DNA of 64,000 nucleotides from an uncultured Planctomycetota bacterium (GCA_963849325.1 CAWKHF010000002.1:224001-288000), one strand, 5' to 3'; shown: positions 22,001 to 33,015, counted from the first letter of the stretch. Notes: generated by a model not told the origin, from the letters alone. A program made the numbers and translations.

Positions 22001-22708
22001 GTGGACGGCACGGGCAACGGCTACGGCGCGACCTACAAATGGCGAACCGACAACAGCGACGCCGACCTGCTGCGCGACAGCCTCCTCGAAGACGTCACTA
22101 TCCGGACGGCGGCGGGCACGCGGCGACAGACCTGGTATTACCCCAGCGCGGCGGACTGCCTGACGTGTCACACGACCGCCGCCAAGTTCGTCCTCGGCGT
22201 CAAGACGCGGCAGTTGAATCGGCCGTTCACCTATCCCGCCACCGGCGTCACCGACAACCAGCTGCGCACCTGGAACTATCTGGGACTCTTCCGTCCACGG
22301 TTGGACGAGACCCAGATCGCCGGCTTCCGCAAGCTCGCCGGGTTGGGTGACACCCAGGCGTCACTGACCGACCGGGTCCGCTCGTACCTCGACGCCAACT
22401 GCGCCAACTGCCATCGTCCGGGGAACATCCTCCGGGCCACCTTCGACGCTCGCTTCGACACGCCGCTGGCACGGCAGGGGTTGATCGACGTGCCAACGGT
22501 CAGCGACAGCCTGAACCTGTCCGATCCGCGCGTCGTCGCCTGCGGCGACGTTGGACGGTCGATGGTCCTCCAACGGATGCGCCGCACGGACAAGTCGCGC
22601 ATGCCGCCGCTGGCCAGTGCGGTCCCCGATCGCGCCGCCCTGGACGTGCTGGAACGATGGATCAAGACTGGAAAAAAAGGTTTCTCCCATGATTCGCTTG
22701 ACGAGTGA
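19058..22708 (+). CDS. Exported multidomain protein: nucleoside hydrolase + glucose/sorbosone dehydrogenase propeller + Ig + Fn3-associated + diheme cytochrome c domain
   Basis: GAGGAGG RBS; DTDIGTDVDD, IGPLTNIA, EWN; ERGLLG, HQGGAIHFGPDG, GLRNPF; YQWQR..GAT; IRYTTDG; PLWSDGA..CLTCH..CANCH..MPP. Confidence 0.85.
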   Translation: MRTFVQGCALVAAFLLVTPTLRAGSADVGKKKVPIILDTDIGTDVDDAFALALVVASPELELRGVTTVGSDPRTRALIVCRFLTAIGRREVPVAAGAAPQPAEEIKGQARYANHPDVINHRTSKPVKESAVEFLYGQLKARPGELTLLTIGPLTNIAPLLREHPDCKPWIKRLVMMGGSVRVGYKGTAPAEPEWNMKCDIAAAKTVFSSGVPLVVAPLDATTMLKLEKPLRQRLFRAETPLTSQVQALYQMWAAPTPTLYDPVAAALCFDEHFCTMEDLRLEVGDRGITRPVKGKANVRVAKAIRGDDFLKWYVERVASAARPKQPRSVDSEAGAARLPQGFTETAIVTGINGATAMDFAPDGRLFVCEQTGALRIVKNDLLLPLPFVTVKVDSSWERGLLGVTFDPHFDTNHYIYVNYISPDPYPHHRISRFTADGDTAMPGSEVVLFEGDDQNKLGGGVKNGHQGGAIHFGPDGKLYVAIGDQTAGTPAQDMKTLQGKILRINADGSIPEDNPFYRQTTGKYRAIWALGLRNPFTFAFQPGSGRMFINDVGGANEEINVGAAGANYGWPIAEHGPTKDRRFRGPIHWYKESSIAGGAFYNPPRRQFPAKYVGKYFFADFKQGWVRTLDPDNPADVRDFLTGLGNLSVVDLKIAADGSLYYLRRLAWVRDKDYKANTGVLYKVRYVGAEAPARIAAEPADQRVTVGQAATFHVGADGGSPLRYQWQRDDSDLAGATGATYTLPAVTQNDDGARFRCVVTNAHGKAVSRTATLTVLPSFEDIEAEGFDGVSVTPRPAKYTGPVTVRLTPHDPRATIRYTTDGRMPSAVSASHEGPFVLEKTTRLRWRVFRDDKPWGRSGEALFIIEGGAPYGLASRPSVSGLRVPLMAENVPAILSQTGLFASLSDLVPRRGLVPYDVNVPLWSDGAVKQRWMAPGRSPIVFTPEGEWTFPAGTVFVKHFDLSIDERDPRRKRRLETRLLVVDGTGNGYGATYKWRTDNSDADLLRDSLLEDVTIRTAAGTRRQTWYYPSAADCLTCHTTAAKFVLGVKTRQLNRPFTYPATGVTDNQLRTWNYLGLFRPRLDETQIAGFRKLAGLGDTQASLTDRVRSYLDANCANCHRPGNILRATFDARFDTPLARQGLIDVPTVSDSLNLSDPRVVACGDVGRSMVLQRMRRTDKSRMPPLASAVPDRAALDVLERWIKTGKKGFSHDSLDE

Positions 22709-23141
22709 GACGATCGATTACCACGCCCTGACCGAGCAGGTGCGTCGGCCCGGCTGTGGCGGCGTCGTCGTGTTCCTCGGCACCGTGCGCGACCTGACCG
22801 GCGATCGGGAGACGGTGGCGCTGGATTACGAAGCCTATCCGGGCATGGCCGAGAAAAAGATGGCCGAGATCGAGGCGGACACGCGGCAGCGCTGGCCGGT
22901 CGGCGACCTGGCCCTGGTGCATCGCCTCGGCCATCTCGATGTCGGCGAAATCAGCGTCGCCGTGGCGGTCAGTTGCCCGCACCGCGCCGAGGCGTTCGAG
23001 GCGTGCCGGCACGCCATCGATCGTTTGAAGGAACTGGTGCCCATCTGGAAGAAAGAGAACTGGGCCGACGGCTCGACGGAGTGGGTCCATCCCGACTCCG
23101 AGCCGCGAGCGTCAGCGAGCGGGCCTGATCCCGCTCGCTGA
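22689..23141 (+). CDS. moaE: Molybdopterin synthase catalytic subunit
   Basis: FLGTVR, LDYEAY, HRLG, HRAEAF, LKELVPIWKKE. Confidence 0.93.
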   Translation: MIRLTSETIDYHALTEQVRRPGCGGVVVFLGTVRDLTGDRETVALDYEAYPGMAEKKMAEIEADTRQRWPVGDLALVHRLGHLDVGEISVAVAVSCPHRAEAFEACRHAIDRLKELVPIWKKENWADGSTEWVHPDSEPRASASGPDPAR

Positions 23142-23157
23142 CGCTCGCGGCTCGGAG
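23096..23157. repeat. REP-like palindrome, family B, overlapping the moaE 3' end
   Basis: CTCCGAGCCGCGAGCGTCAGCGAGCGGG...CCCGCTCGCTGACGCTCGCGGCTCGGAG; supplies the moaE stop codon; lies between convergent genes. Confidence 0.88.
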
Positions 23158-23160
23158 CCT

Positions 23161-24251
<1,091 letters not shown>

Positions 24252-24272
24252 GCGGAGTTCCGAGAATAACTT

Positions 24273-24339
24273 CGTTTAGCCGCGACGCGCAGCGGAGCGC
24301 GGAGCGATTCCCGCGCTCCGCTGCGCGTCGCGGCTAAAC
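24273..24339. repeat. REP-like palindrome, family A
   Basis: Same arms as 11140-11204. Confidence 0.9.
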
Positions 24340-24375
24340 CGAGAGGAAATGAGACACCTTCCCCGGTAGCAAGTT

Positions 24376-26021
24376 TCAGGCGGTTCCGACCTTCGCCTTC
24401 TGCTCGCCGGGCGGCACGTCGTCGGAATCGGGATCGAACCACGATTCCTGGAACTCGATGCGCTGGTGCTTCCGCATGGCGTGGTTGGCGGTCAGGGCGA
24501 TGATGGCATCGGCCATGGCGACCTTGCCGGGGCAGCGTGGCAGACGGCGGTCCTTCTCGTTGGCCTGGTTCCACAGGCGGACGCAGTAGGCGAAGTCCTC
24601 CATCTCCTCGCGGTAGCCGCGGCTGACCGGGCCGCCGCCCGCTCCCGCCGGGCCGGCCGCTGCCGCGGTCGGCGACACCGTCGGGCCGCCCCACGTCGAG
24701 CCGGACTCCAGCACCGGCTTGTCTTTGCCGCCGGCGCTGACGCCGACCTCCGTGGCCCGCGGCTGCGTCTTGACCTTGCCCGGCTCCAGCTCCGGGAACA
24801 CCATCACCGTCGATTCCTTCTCGACGATCATGGTGCCGCGGTCGCCCGTGACGCATTCGCCGTAGTTCTCGAACTGGTTCGTGCTGATCGAGGAATAGGT
24901 GACGACGACGACATCGTGCTTGTCCCGGGCGTGGTTCTTGCCGGGGAACTCGTAGGTGGCGAAGACGTGGTCGTCAATGTCGCGGTCGTTGCGGCCGGGT
25001 CCGAAGAACGAGCGCGTGCCGACGCCGGAGACGGCCAGCGGATGGACGTGGCCCAGGAAGATGCTGCAAGCGTCGAGTTGATGGCTGCCCAGTTCGGCCA
25101 TCAGGCCGCCGCCCGTCGCCTGGTAGAGCCGCCAGCGGATCAGTTGCTCGACGTTGTCGAAGCCGTACTTCTTGAGCATGTCCTTCTTGTCGTGCAGGGC
25201 GTCGTAATCCAGGTGCGTGATCGGCGGGAACCAGCCGTCGCGGAAGGTGGGCTGCGCCACGTCCTTGACCAGTCTCCATCTTGGGATCGGCGTGGAACGG
25301 CCAGGTGAAATTGCGGTGCCACAGGGCGCGGATGTGCTTGATGTCGCCCAGCACGCCGGCGTTGACGACCTCCGTGGCGTGGGCGTACAGCATACTGTAA
25401 TGGCGCTGGTGGCCGACGGCCAACAGGCTGTTGCAGTCCTTGGCCGTGCGGATCATCTGCTTGCACTGGGCGATGTTCCAGGCCATCAGCTTCTCGGTCA
25501 GCACGTGGATCGGCTTGCCGCGCTCCTTGCCGATCTTCATGGCGTCGATGGCCGCCTTGGCGTGCATGACCAGCGGCAGGGCGATGACGACGGCTTCGAT
25601 GTCCTTGTTCTTGCGCAATTCCTCCATCAACCCTTCGTAGGTGTCAAACTTCTTGATCTTTTCGGCGTCGTTTGCCGTAGACCTTGTTGAAGCCCTTGCG
25701 GAGCGCGACCTTGGGGTCGCCCTCGAAGATGCGCGTCATGTTCGAGGGGCGGATGTCGCAGACGGCGACGAACTGGAGGTACTCGGGGTTGTGTTCGCCG
25801 ACGAGGACGCCGCCCTCGTCGCCGCCGCCGATGAGGGCCGCCTTGACCGGCTTGCCCTCCATGCCCTTGTAGCCGAAGTAAACGGCCGGCGAGACGACGG
25901 CCACGCTCGCCCCCGCCACCGCCAAACTCTTCATGAAGCCGCGCCGCGTCAGGCCGTCAGCCGTGTGCGCGAAGTTCGCCGTGCCGGTCGCGCGTTGTTC
26001 GGGGGTCAGGTCGATCGCCAT
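24376..26021 (-). CDS. Tat-exported Gfo/Idh/MocA oxidoreductase; frameshifts near 25660 and 25270
   Basis: TRRGFMK twin-arginine motif, [25 protein letters not shown]...[14 protein letters not shown]. Confidence 0.88.
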
Positions 26022-27209
26022 GTTGGATCTGTCTCCAAAAAGTAACCTTCTTGTTCCTTTTCGAGCCTCTCGTGATCCGAGACGGCATCCTGTTTCAAAC
26101 CACCGGCTGCCGAACGCACCGGCCGCGGCGTCACGGGCCGGCGCCAGCCAAAGAAGAGGGCATGGATCAGCGCATCCAGGCCGAACCATCGCCCGCTCGC
26201 CGTGGTCGCCAGGGCCAGAAGGGCCAGCATCTCGATCAGGTTCTTGTTGACGAAGGCGTAATAGCCTTCGGTGTTGGGCGCCACCGGCAGCCACGGCCAG
26301 GGCGGCACGCACAGATACGTCATCAGCAGGAAACCGGCCGACAGCACGCACGCCGTCCGCGAGAACAGTCCCAGCAGCAGCAAAGCGCCGAGGATCGCCA
26401 GGCCATACATCGTCGAAAGATCGAGCCATTTCTGGATGCGACTGGGCGGCGGCTGCGGCTGCGGCGGCTGGCCCTTGTCCTCGGCCTGCTTCTTCTGCTC
26501 CTCGGTCAAGATGCCGTCCAGGCTCTTTTGCAGCTGCTTGGTGTAGTCGTCGAGTTCCGCCAGCAGGGCCAGCCGCAGACGCACGACTTCGCCCTTGGTC
26601 TCCAGCAGGCGCCGCCCTTCCACGTCATGGCCCAGCAGATAGAGGCGGTTGCTCATCGTGTCGCGCAGCTCGCCGAGTTTCGCCTTGTACTCGGCGATGC
26701 GCTGCGGCATCGGCAGCTTCACCTCGACGGTGTTCGACTGGAAGCTCTTCTTGACGGACTTGGTCTTCTCGTCCGTCTGTTCCTTCGTCAGCCATAGCAC
26801 CACCGCGTCCTCGGTCTGCTTCCGCTTGCCCTCGGCCTCCTGGCGTTGTTTGTCGTCCAGGGCGTAGTAATCGCTGAAGCGCTGAACGTAATCGCTCCAT
26901 TCCTGGGCCAGCAGCGGCGGCGTGCGCGTGTTCGCCGGCGCGTTGGCCGAATCGCCGGTTTTCGGCAGCGGCTCCAGCCGACCCAGCGCCTCGTCGTCGG
27001 GGTCGCCAACTTGCTTGCGGACGACCTGGGCCAATGGGCCGGTGCCCTCGCGGAAGTAGCCGGCGCTGCTGAACGGCTTGAACTTGCCGACGACCGTTTC
27101 GGTCGGGCCGCGCCAGTAGCCTTCCAGCTTGTGGAAGCCCTCGGCGAAGAAGTGCCAGCCGATCGCCAGGCGCAAGGAGGATCAGGAAAAATGCGGTGCA
27201 TCGATTCAT
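26006..27209 (-). CDS. DoxX-family membrane protein with a large soluble insert; frameshift near 27178
   Basis: LRLAIGWHFFAEG, G.LLLLGLFSR, VNKNLIE, GRWFGLD. Confidence 0.85.
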
Positions 27210-27230
27210 GGTGCCGGCCGGGGGTGCCTT

Positions 27231-28290
27231 TCAGTTCAGGGCGAACTCCTGCGGGGCGAGTCCTATCACGACAGCTTCCGCCCCCTCTCCCTCCGGCAGC
27301 AGGATCGCGCCGACGCCGGGATGGGCGGCACAATATCGGCGGGCCAGATCGACGCCGCCGACGTAGAACGCGGTCGAGAGCGCGTCGGCCTCGGCCGCGG
27401 TCGGGGCGAGGACGGAGGCGCTGGCGACGCCGGCGGCCGGCCAGCCCGTGCGCGGGTCGAGGATGTGGCCCAGCTTTTGTCCGTTATATTCCAGGTGCTG
27501 AAACGTGGCCGCCGAGGTCCCCAGCGCTCGGTCGCGCAGCCAGACCCGCGCCAACCGTCGCTGCCGGTCCCACGGATGCAGGATGCCCACCTGCCAGCCG
27601 CGTTCGCCGTCTGGAGGACTGCCTCTAGCGTACACGCTGCTGGTGCCTCCGTGCAACAACATACGGCGAAAGCCCCCATTCCTCGCGCCAGCAGCCGCGC
27701 CATCCGGTCGAGGGCGTAGCCCTTGCCGATGCTGCCGAGGTTGATCTCCAGCCCCGGCCGTCGGTAGCGCACGGTCCGCCGCGGCTCGTCCAGCTCGACC
27801 CACTGCATGCCGACGCGTTCCCGCACGGCCGCGCGTTCCGCCTCGGACGGCACGCGCCGCGGGCCGCGGAAGAAGCCCCACGCCTTGATGAGCGCTCCCG
27901 CCGTGATGTCGAACGCGCCTTCCGTCTCCGGTGGATCTGGGCCGCCAGCTCCAGCAGGCCGAACAGTCCGCTGCTCCACGCGCACCGGCGCGGCGAATGC
28001 GCGCCGATTGAGCCGGCTGACCTCGCTGGTCTCGCGGTAGACCGTCAGCTGGTCTTCCAGCGCGATCGAGCAACTCGAAGGCGTCCTCGCCCATCTCCAC
28101 GCGCGTTGGTCGTCCCGAAGGGCAGAACGATCTCGAAGCCGGTGGCCATCGCTCGCCGGCGTAGGTGGAGCAGAACGCTGTTCTCGGACGAGGAAGAGTC
28201 CGGCGCGTCGGCCCACTCGTCGAGAGCGCCGAGCATGTGGCCGGCCGTTTGCGCGAGCTGTCGGGGCTGAAGGAAATCGCGGCGGTTCAT
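27231..28290 (-). CDS. apbE: FAD:protein FMN transferase; several frameshifts
   Basis: AMATGFE, SEVSRLN, GAFDITAG, INLGSIGKGYALD, GHILDPRTG, ADALSTA. Confidence 0.88.
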
Positions 28291-28294
28291 CAAA

Positions 28295-28370
28295 AGTTGC
28301 TGAGTTGCTGAGTTCTGAGTTCGTGAGTTCTGTCATTTCACTCAGAACTCAGAACTCAGAACTCAGAACT
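28295..28370. repeat. Inverted heptamer tandem repeats (AGTTCTG)n ... (CTCAGAA)n
   Basis: Seen directly; fills the spacer between the DUF4912 gene and apbE. Confidence 0.9.
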
Positions 28371-28374
28371 TCGG

Positions 28375-29513
28375 TTATTCGTTGCCGTCGTGGATCATCG
28401 GTTCGAGCTGCTTGGTGTTGCGTTCGACGGCGAGGACGATGGTGCGTTCCTCGATGCCGTCGGGCGAGGCGGCGACGGCGGGGATGATCTGCCGGCTGTC
28501 GGGCAGGCTGAAGCGCATCGTGAAGGTGCCGTCGGGGCGCAGCTTGACCGGCTCGCCCTGCAGGGTGACGCGGGCGTTCGGCTCGGTGGCGCCGTAGACG
28601 ATCAGCTCGGCGTCGAGCTGGAACCAGAACTTGCGCGTCTGGCCGCCGAGCAGCCATGCCGCCGGAGCCGAAGCTGGTGACGGCCGGCGAGCCCAGCGGC
28701 CGGCGCAGGCGTTCCTCGAACAGCTGCTTCAGTTCGAGACTGCTGGCGGTCGGATCGAAGCCGCCGGACATGGCGTAAATGCGGTCGGCCTTCTTGGCGT
28801 CGATGTCGGCCCAGTTTTCGTCGATGACGTCGCTGACGCCGGCGCGCGGCGTGGTGACGACGTTGGAGCGGGCCAGGACGTAGAACTGGCCGCTGCGGGC
28901 GAGGTAGCCGATGTCCACGCGGAAGGAGCGCGGCGGATTGCTGACGTCGATGTACCAGTTGTTGCAGCCGCCGTGGATGTCGATGTCGCGGAGGATCGAC
29001 TCGGACGTGCTGGTCGTGTCGTGGCTGCTGACGTCGAGCAGGCGCAGGATCGGCTTGGCCGTGTGCCAGTCCTGGCCGAGAGCGGCCTCGGCCCGCTGGA
29101 TGGCGTGGCGCGTCAGCTCCCAGTAGCAGTGCAGCCAGTACGGATCGCGCACCATGACGACGATGCGGTCCTTGCCGTAGCCGGCCGGCAGATCGCTGGG
29201 CACCTTGGCCGACAGATCCTTGGTCGGCACGCCGACGTCGTACTTGCTGCTTTCGACCTGGTCCTCGGCGGAGGGAGTGCTGGAGGTGTCGCGGGCGGCG
29301 GCGGCCTGGACGGGAACGGCCAGGCGCGAGCGCGAACGGGTGCGGGACGGCTTTGCGAGCAGCGGGCCTGCGCGTCGAGGAGGACCGCGAGCGCTTGGCC
29401 AGGGTCTCGATCAATTCCTCCTTGGTCATATCGTGCCAGCCGGCGATGCCTTGCTGGCGAGCCAGGTCGATCAAGGTCTTTTTGGTGCTGGCTTGCAATT
29501 GATCGCGAGTCAT
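28375..29513 (-). CDS. Rho-N + DUF4912 domain protein; frameshifts near 29340 and 28640
   Basis: N-terminal L..LARQQGI.GW..M.KEELIE; LPAGYGKDRIVVMVRDPYWLHCYWE; LARSNVVTTP; FWFQLDAELIVYGATEP. Confidence 0.85.
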
Positions 29514-30075
29514 GCCAAACCACTCCCGCGCCGTCCAAGCACGGCGCCGCGAAAAGGTGCCGGGGAGACATCCCTGTGTAATACCTTCCCGGAGGGTCCG
29601 TTCCAGGGAGTGTTACCGCATCGCCCCTCGCATTCACTGTGGATGCCGTGTTAGGGGAGCACGGACGGAGTACGACAAAATGTCCATTCTTCCACGAAGA
29701 GGGAGGATGGCCTTAGCGGAAAACAGGGCTGATTCTCAGGAGCACGATTCGTTCAACGCAGGACGAGTTCGGGAGGCGAACTCTTGCTGTGGGGTTTTGC
29801 CGTAAGGCGTCTTACCCTCAGGCTGGCTTGATTTTAAAGAGATGCGGCGTGAATGTCAACAAGAAAAACCTTGATTCGCCGCGAAAAACACAGGCGGGGC
29901 CGTGGCCGAGACGTTGCCGATGGCAGGAACGGAACCTCTTTCCGACTTTGTGAAAACTTACACGAATTTCAGATTGACTTTCCTCTCCGGGTCCAGAAAA
30001 TACCCCCGCACAGGCAAGGAAGGCCGGAGGGAGAGGTTTTTCGGGGTCCGGCGTGGCCGCCCTGGAGGACCGTTG

Positions 30076-30318
30076 ATGTTCCCGGAGATGCCCGACCGCA
30101 AGGAAATGGGGCGCTATCTCGCCCTCAGTCAGATCGGCCTGGAGATGGTCGTGCCGATCGTCGTCGGCCTGGTGGTGGATCACTACCTCGGTTGGACGCC
30201 GTGGGCGTCCGTGGCCGGCGCCGTGCTGGGGATGTGCGGCGGACTGGTGCATCTGGTGCATTTGTTGAACAAGATGGACGCGAAGGATTCCTCGCCGTCC
30301 GACCGGGAGTCGCGGTGA
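30076..30318 (+). CDS. AtpZ/AtpI-family (ATPase gene 1) protein
   Basis: GGAGG RBS; two TM helices with the G..VD..LG.TPW motif; first gene of the atp operon. Confidence 0.85.
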   Translation: MFPEMPDRKEMGRYLALSQIGLEMVVPIVVGLVVDHYLGWTPWASVAGAVLGMCGGLVHLVHLLNKMDAKDSSPSDRESR

Positions 30319-30731
30319 TTGGGCGTTTGTTGTTCCTGACTGGGGGTTGTGCCGCCTTTGGCCTGCTCGTTGGGCTGCCGGCCCGTCATCTCGGCGGCGG
30401 CGATTCGGCCCTCGTCTTCATCGCCACGGCCCTGCTTCTGTGCCTGGTGCCCGCTGTCGTCACGCTCTTCTGGGGCGAGCGGGCGCTGCACCAGAGCGCC
30501 GACAAGCAGCTGGTCCTGGTGCTGGGCGGGACCGGCGTCCGCATGGCGTTCGTCCTGTTGGCCGGCTGGACGCTCTACCAGTGTGTTCCCTACTATCAGC
30601 AGCAATCCAGCTTCTTGATCTGGTTGGCCGTTTGTTACCTGTTCACCCTGGCCCTGGACATGACGCTGCTGCTGGCGGGGCGTCCCGAGGGGGGGCCGGA
30701 AACTTCCGCTTCGCGGTCCACGATTCAGTGA
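30315..30731 (+). CDS. ATP synthase I-like membrane protein
   Basis: Four hydrophobic helices; GTG start overlaps the upstream stop; lies just before atpB. Confidence 0.7.
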   Translation: MIGRLLFLTGGCAAFGLLVGLPARHLGGGDSALVFIATALLLCLVPAVVTLFWGERALHQSADKQLVLVLGGTGVRMAFVLLAGWTLYQCVPYYQQQSSFLIWLAVCYLFTLALDMTLLLAGRPEGGPETSASRSTIQ

Positions 30732-30739
30732 GTGTAGAC

Positions 30740-31748
30740 ATGGCCCAGCACGCGGCCCACGAACCGCATCCGTTCGAGCACGTGATGGACTCCCACAACT
30801 GGGAGTTCTTCAACGCGGTGTTCGGCCCGCCGGTCGAATGGCACCTGCCCGGCTTCAACATCGACATCGGTTCCTTCCACCACCGCTTCCAGCTCACCAA
30901 GTTCATGGTGCTGGAGCTGGTCGCGGCCATCCTGATCCTGTTGATTTACGTCCCCCTGGCTCGCCGCTCGCGCAACGGCGAGCTGCCCAAAGGGGGATGG
31001 TGGAACGCCTTCGAGTCGCTGTTGACCTTCATTCGCAACGAGGTCGCCAAGCCCAACCTCGGCGAACACGACGCGGACAGGTACGTCCCCTATCTGTGGA
31101 CGCTGTTCTTGTTTTTGCTGTTCTGCAACCTGCTCGGCATGTTTCCGTTCCTCGGTTCGCCGACGGCGAGCATCTGGGTAACGGGAGGCGCTGGCCTGCA
31201 CCGCCTTCGTCATGCTGCACGGGGCGGCCATCGTGAAGATGGGCTTCGAGTACGGCCACGGCGGTGGGCACCATGATGGACACGATCACCATGAGGGGCC
31301 CGGACATCATCTCGGCCACGGACCCACCCCCAGTCCACTCGTGGACGGTCTGCGGAAGGTTCCGTTCCTTGGCCCGCTGCTGGCCGGGGTCGTCCTCTAC
31401 GCCAAGGCGTTGTGGCCGCACATCGAGGTGCCTTACGTCGGCTGGTTCTTCAGCCTCACCATCTTCTGCATCGAGTTGGTGAGCACCGTCATCAAGAGCG
31501 GCGTCTTGGCCGTGCGTCTGTTCGCCAATATGTTCGCCGGGCATACGGTGCTGGCGGTGATCCTGCTGTTCATTTACTCGGCGGCCAACGCCGGCAACGG
31601 CTGGCTACTGGGCGGTGTGTCGATTGCCAGCGTGCTGGGCGTGGTGGCCCTGAGTCTGCTGGAACTGTTCGTCGCCTTCTTGCAGGCGTACATTTTCGTC
31701 TTCCTGACCGCGCTGTTCATGGGCATGTCGCTGCACCCCGAACATTGA
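30740..31748 (+). CDS. atpB: ATP synthase Fo subunit a; frameshift near 31190
   Basis: NLLGMFP, IELVS..IK..VLAVRLFANMFAGH, LELFVAFLQAYIF. Confidence 0.93.
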
Positions 31749-31814
31749 CGGTCGCTTGCGGATGCGTTCCCGGACGGTTGTGACCTGAGTTGACACAAGG
31801 GAGTTAAATTGTCC

Positions 31815-32141
31815 ATGAAAGTCCTGAAACTGTTCCTCATGGTGGTGGGCGCCCTGTTGTTGCTGGCGGCGCCGGCGATGGCCCAGCAGCCGCCGACGGT
31901 GAACTCTTTGACGCTGTCCGGCCGCGGCGTCGGCGCCGGCCTGGGCGCCGCCCTGACGATCATCGGTGCCGGCTGGGGCTTCGGCCGCATCGGCGCCGCC
32001 GCCCTGGAGAGCATGGCGCGGCAGCCGGAGATCGCCGGTCGCATTCAGACGGCCATGATCGTCATCGCCGCCCTTCTCGAAGGCGCAACTTTCTTCGCCC
32101 TGATCGTCTGCATCCTCATGGCCGGCGGCGCGCAGTTTTAA
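31815..32141 (+). CDS. atpE: ATP synthase Fo subunit c with N-terminal extension
   Basis: GAGWGFG, ESMARQPE loop, ALLEG carboxylate. Confidence 0.95.
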   Translation: MKVLKLFLMVVGALLLLAAPAMAQQPPTVNSLTLSGRGVGAGLGAALTIIGAGWGFGRIGAAALESMARQPEIAGRIQTAMIVIAALLEGATFFALIVCILMAGGAQF

Positions 32142-32158
32142 GGGGTGTGATCACCATC

Positions 32159-32215
32159 CACGAGCCCGGAGCGCTAGCGACGGGTCTCCCCCGTCGCTAG
32201 CGCTCCGGGCTCGTG
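32159..32215. repeat. REP-like palindrome (AGCCCGGAGCGCTAGCGACGGG type) between atpE and atpF
   Basis: Long perfect stem; related to 44069-44123. Confidence 0.88.
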
Positions 32216-32250
32216 AGGACGACCGTTTCGCCTGATGGGACGAGGTAGCC

Positions 32251-32943
32251 ATGCGTCATGGTTGGTTGCTGATGGGAATCGGCTTGCTGGCGTTGTTCCT
32301 GTACGCGCCGGCCGTGGTCGGGGCGGACAAGAAGCACACACCCCAACGAGTCAAGACGGCCGAGGATAGGTTCGAGGAGAGGAACCAGGCAGAAATCGAG
32401 GAGGCGGCCGGCGAAGTCAAACGCGACCTGTTCGCCTGGGCGATGGACCTGGGCATCTGGACGTTGGTCATCTTTCTGCTGCTGCTCTTCGTCCTGGGCA
32501 AGTTTGCCTGGAAGCCGATGCTGCAAGGACTGGAGCACCGCGAACGGGCCATCCACGCGGCGTTGCACGAGGCCCAGCAGGCCCGCGACGAAGGGGCGCG
32601 GCTCCGCGCGCAACTGGAAGAACAGATGCGCAAGGCCCACGATCAGGCCCGCGAGATGCTCGACGAAGCTCGCCGCGCCGCCGAGCGGACCACGGCCGAG
32701 ATGACCGCCGCCGCCCAAAAGAAGTTGCAGGCGGAGCACGAACGTCAGCAGCGTGAGATGACCCTGCAATACGACCAGGCGCGGCGCGACATTCAAATGC
32801 AGGTGGCGCAGCTGGCGACCTTGGTTGCCGGCAAGGTGATCCGCCGCCAGGTCAACTCCGACGATCATCGGCAGCTGGTGGACGAGGCGTTGGCTGAGTT
32901 GGGACAGGCCGGCAACGGCCGGCAATCGAAAACGCTCGTTTAG
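32251..32943 (+). CDS. atpF: ATP synthase Fo subunit b with N-terminal extension
   Basis: IWTLVIFLLLLFVLGKFAWKPML..L..RE followed by a coiled coil; operon position. Confidence 0.92.
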   Translation: MRHGWLLMGIGLLALFLYAPAVVGADKKHTPQRVKTAEDRFEERNQAEIEEAAGEVKRDLFAWAMDLGIWTLVIFLLLLFVLGKFAWKPMLQGLEHRERAIHAALHEAQQARDEGARLRAQLEEQMRKAHDQAREMLDEARRAAERTTAEMTAAAQKKLQAEHERQQREMTLQYDQARRDIQMQVAQLATLVAGKVIRRQVNSDDHRQLVDEALAELGQAGNGRQSKTLV

Positions 32944-32990
32944 CCGCGACGCGCAGCGGAGCGCGCTCCGCTGCGCGTCGCGGCTAAACG
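32937..32990. repeat. REP-like palindrome, family A (loop-less perfect palindrome), overlapping the atpF stop
   Basis: 54-bp perfect palindrome; its TAG is the atpF stop codon. Confidence 0.92.
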
Positions 32991-33015
32991 AACTGGAAAC
33001 GACGAACGAACCATC

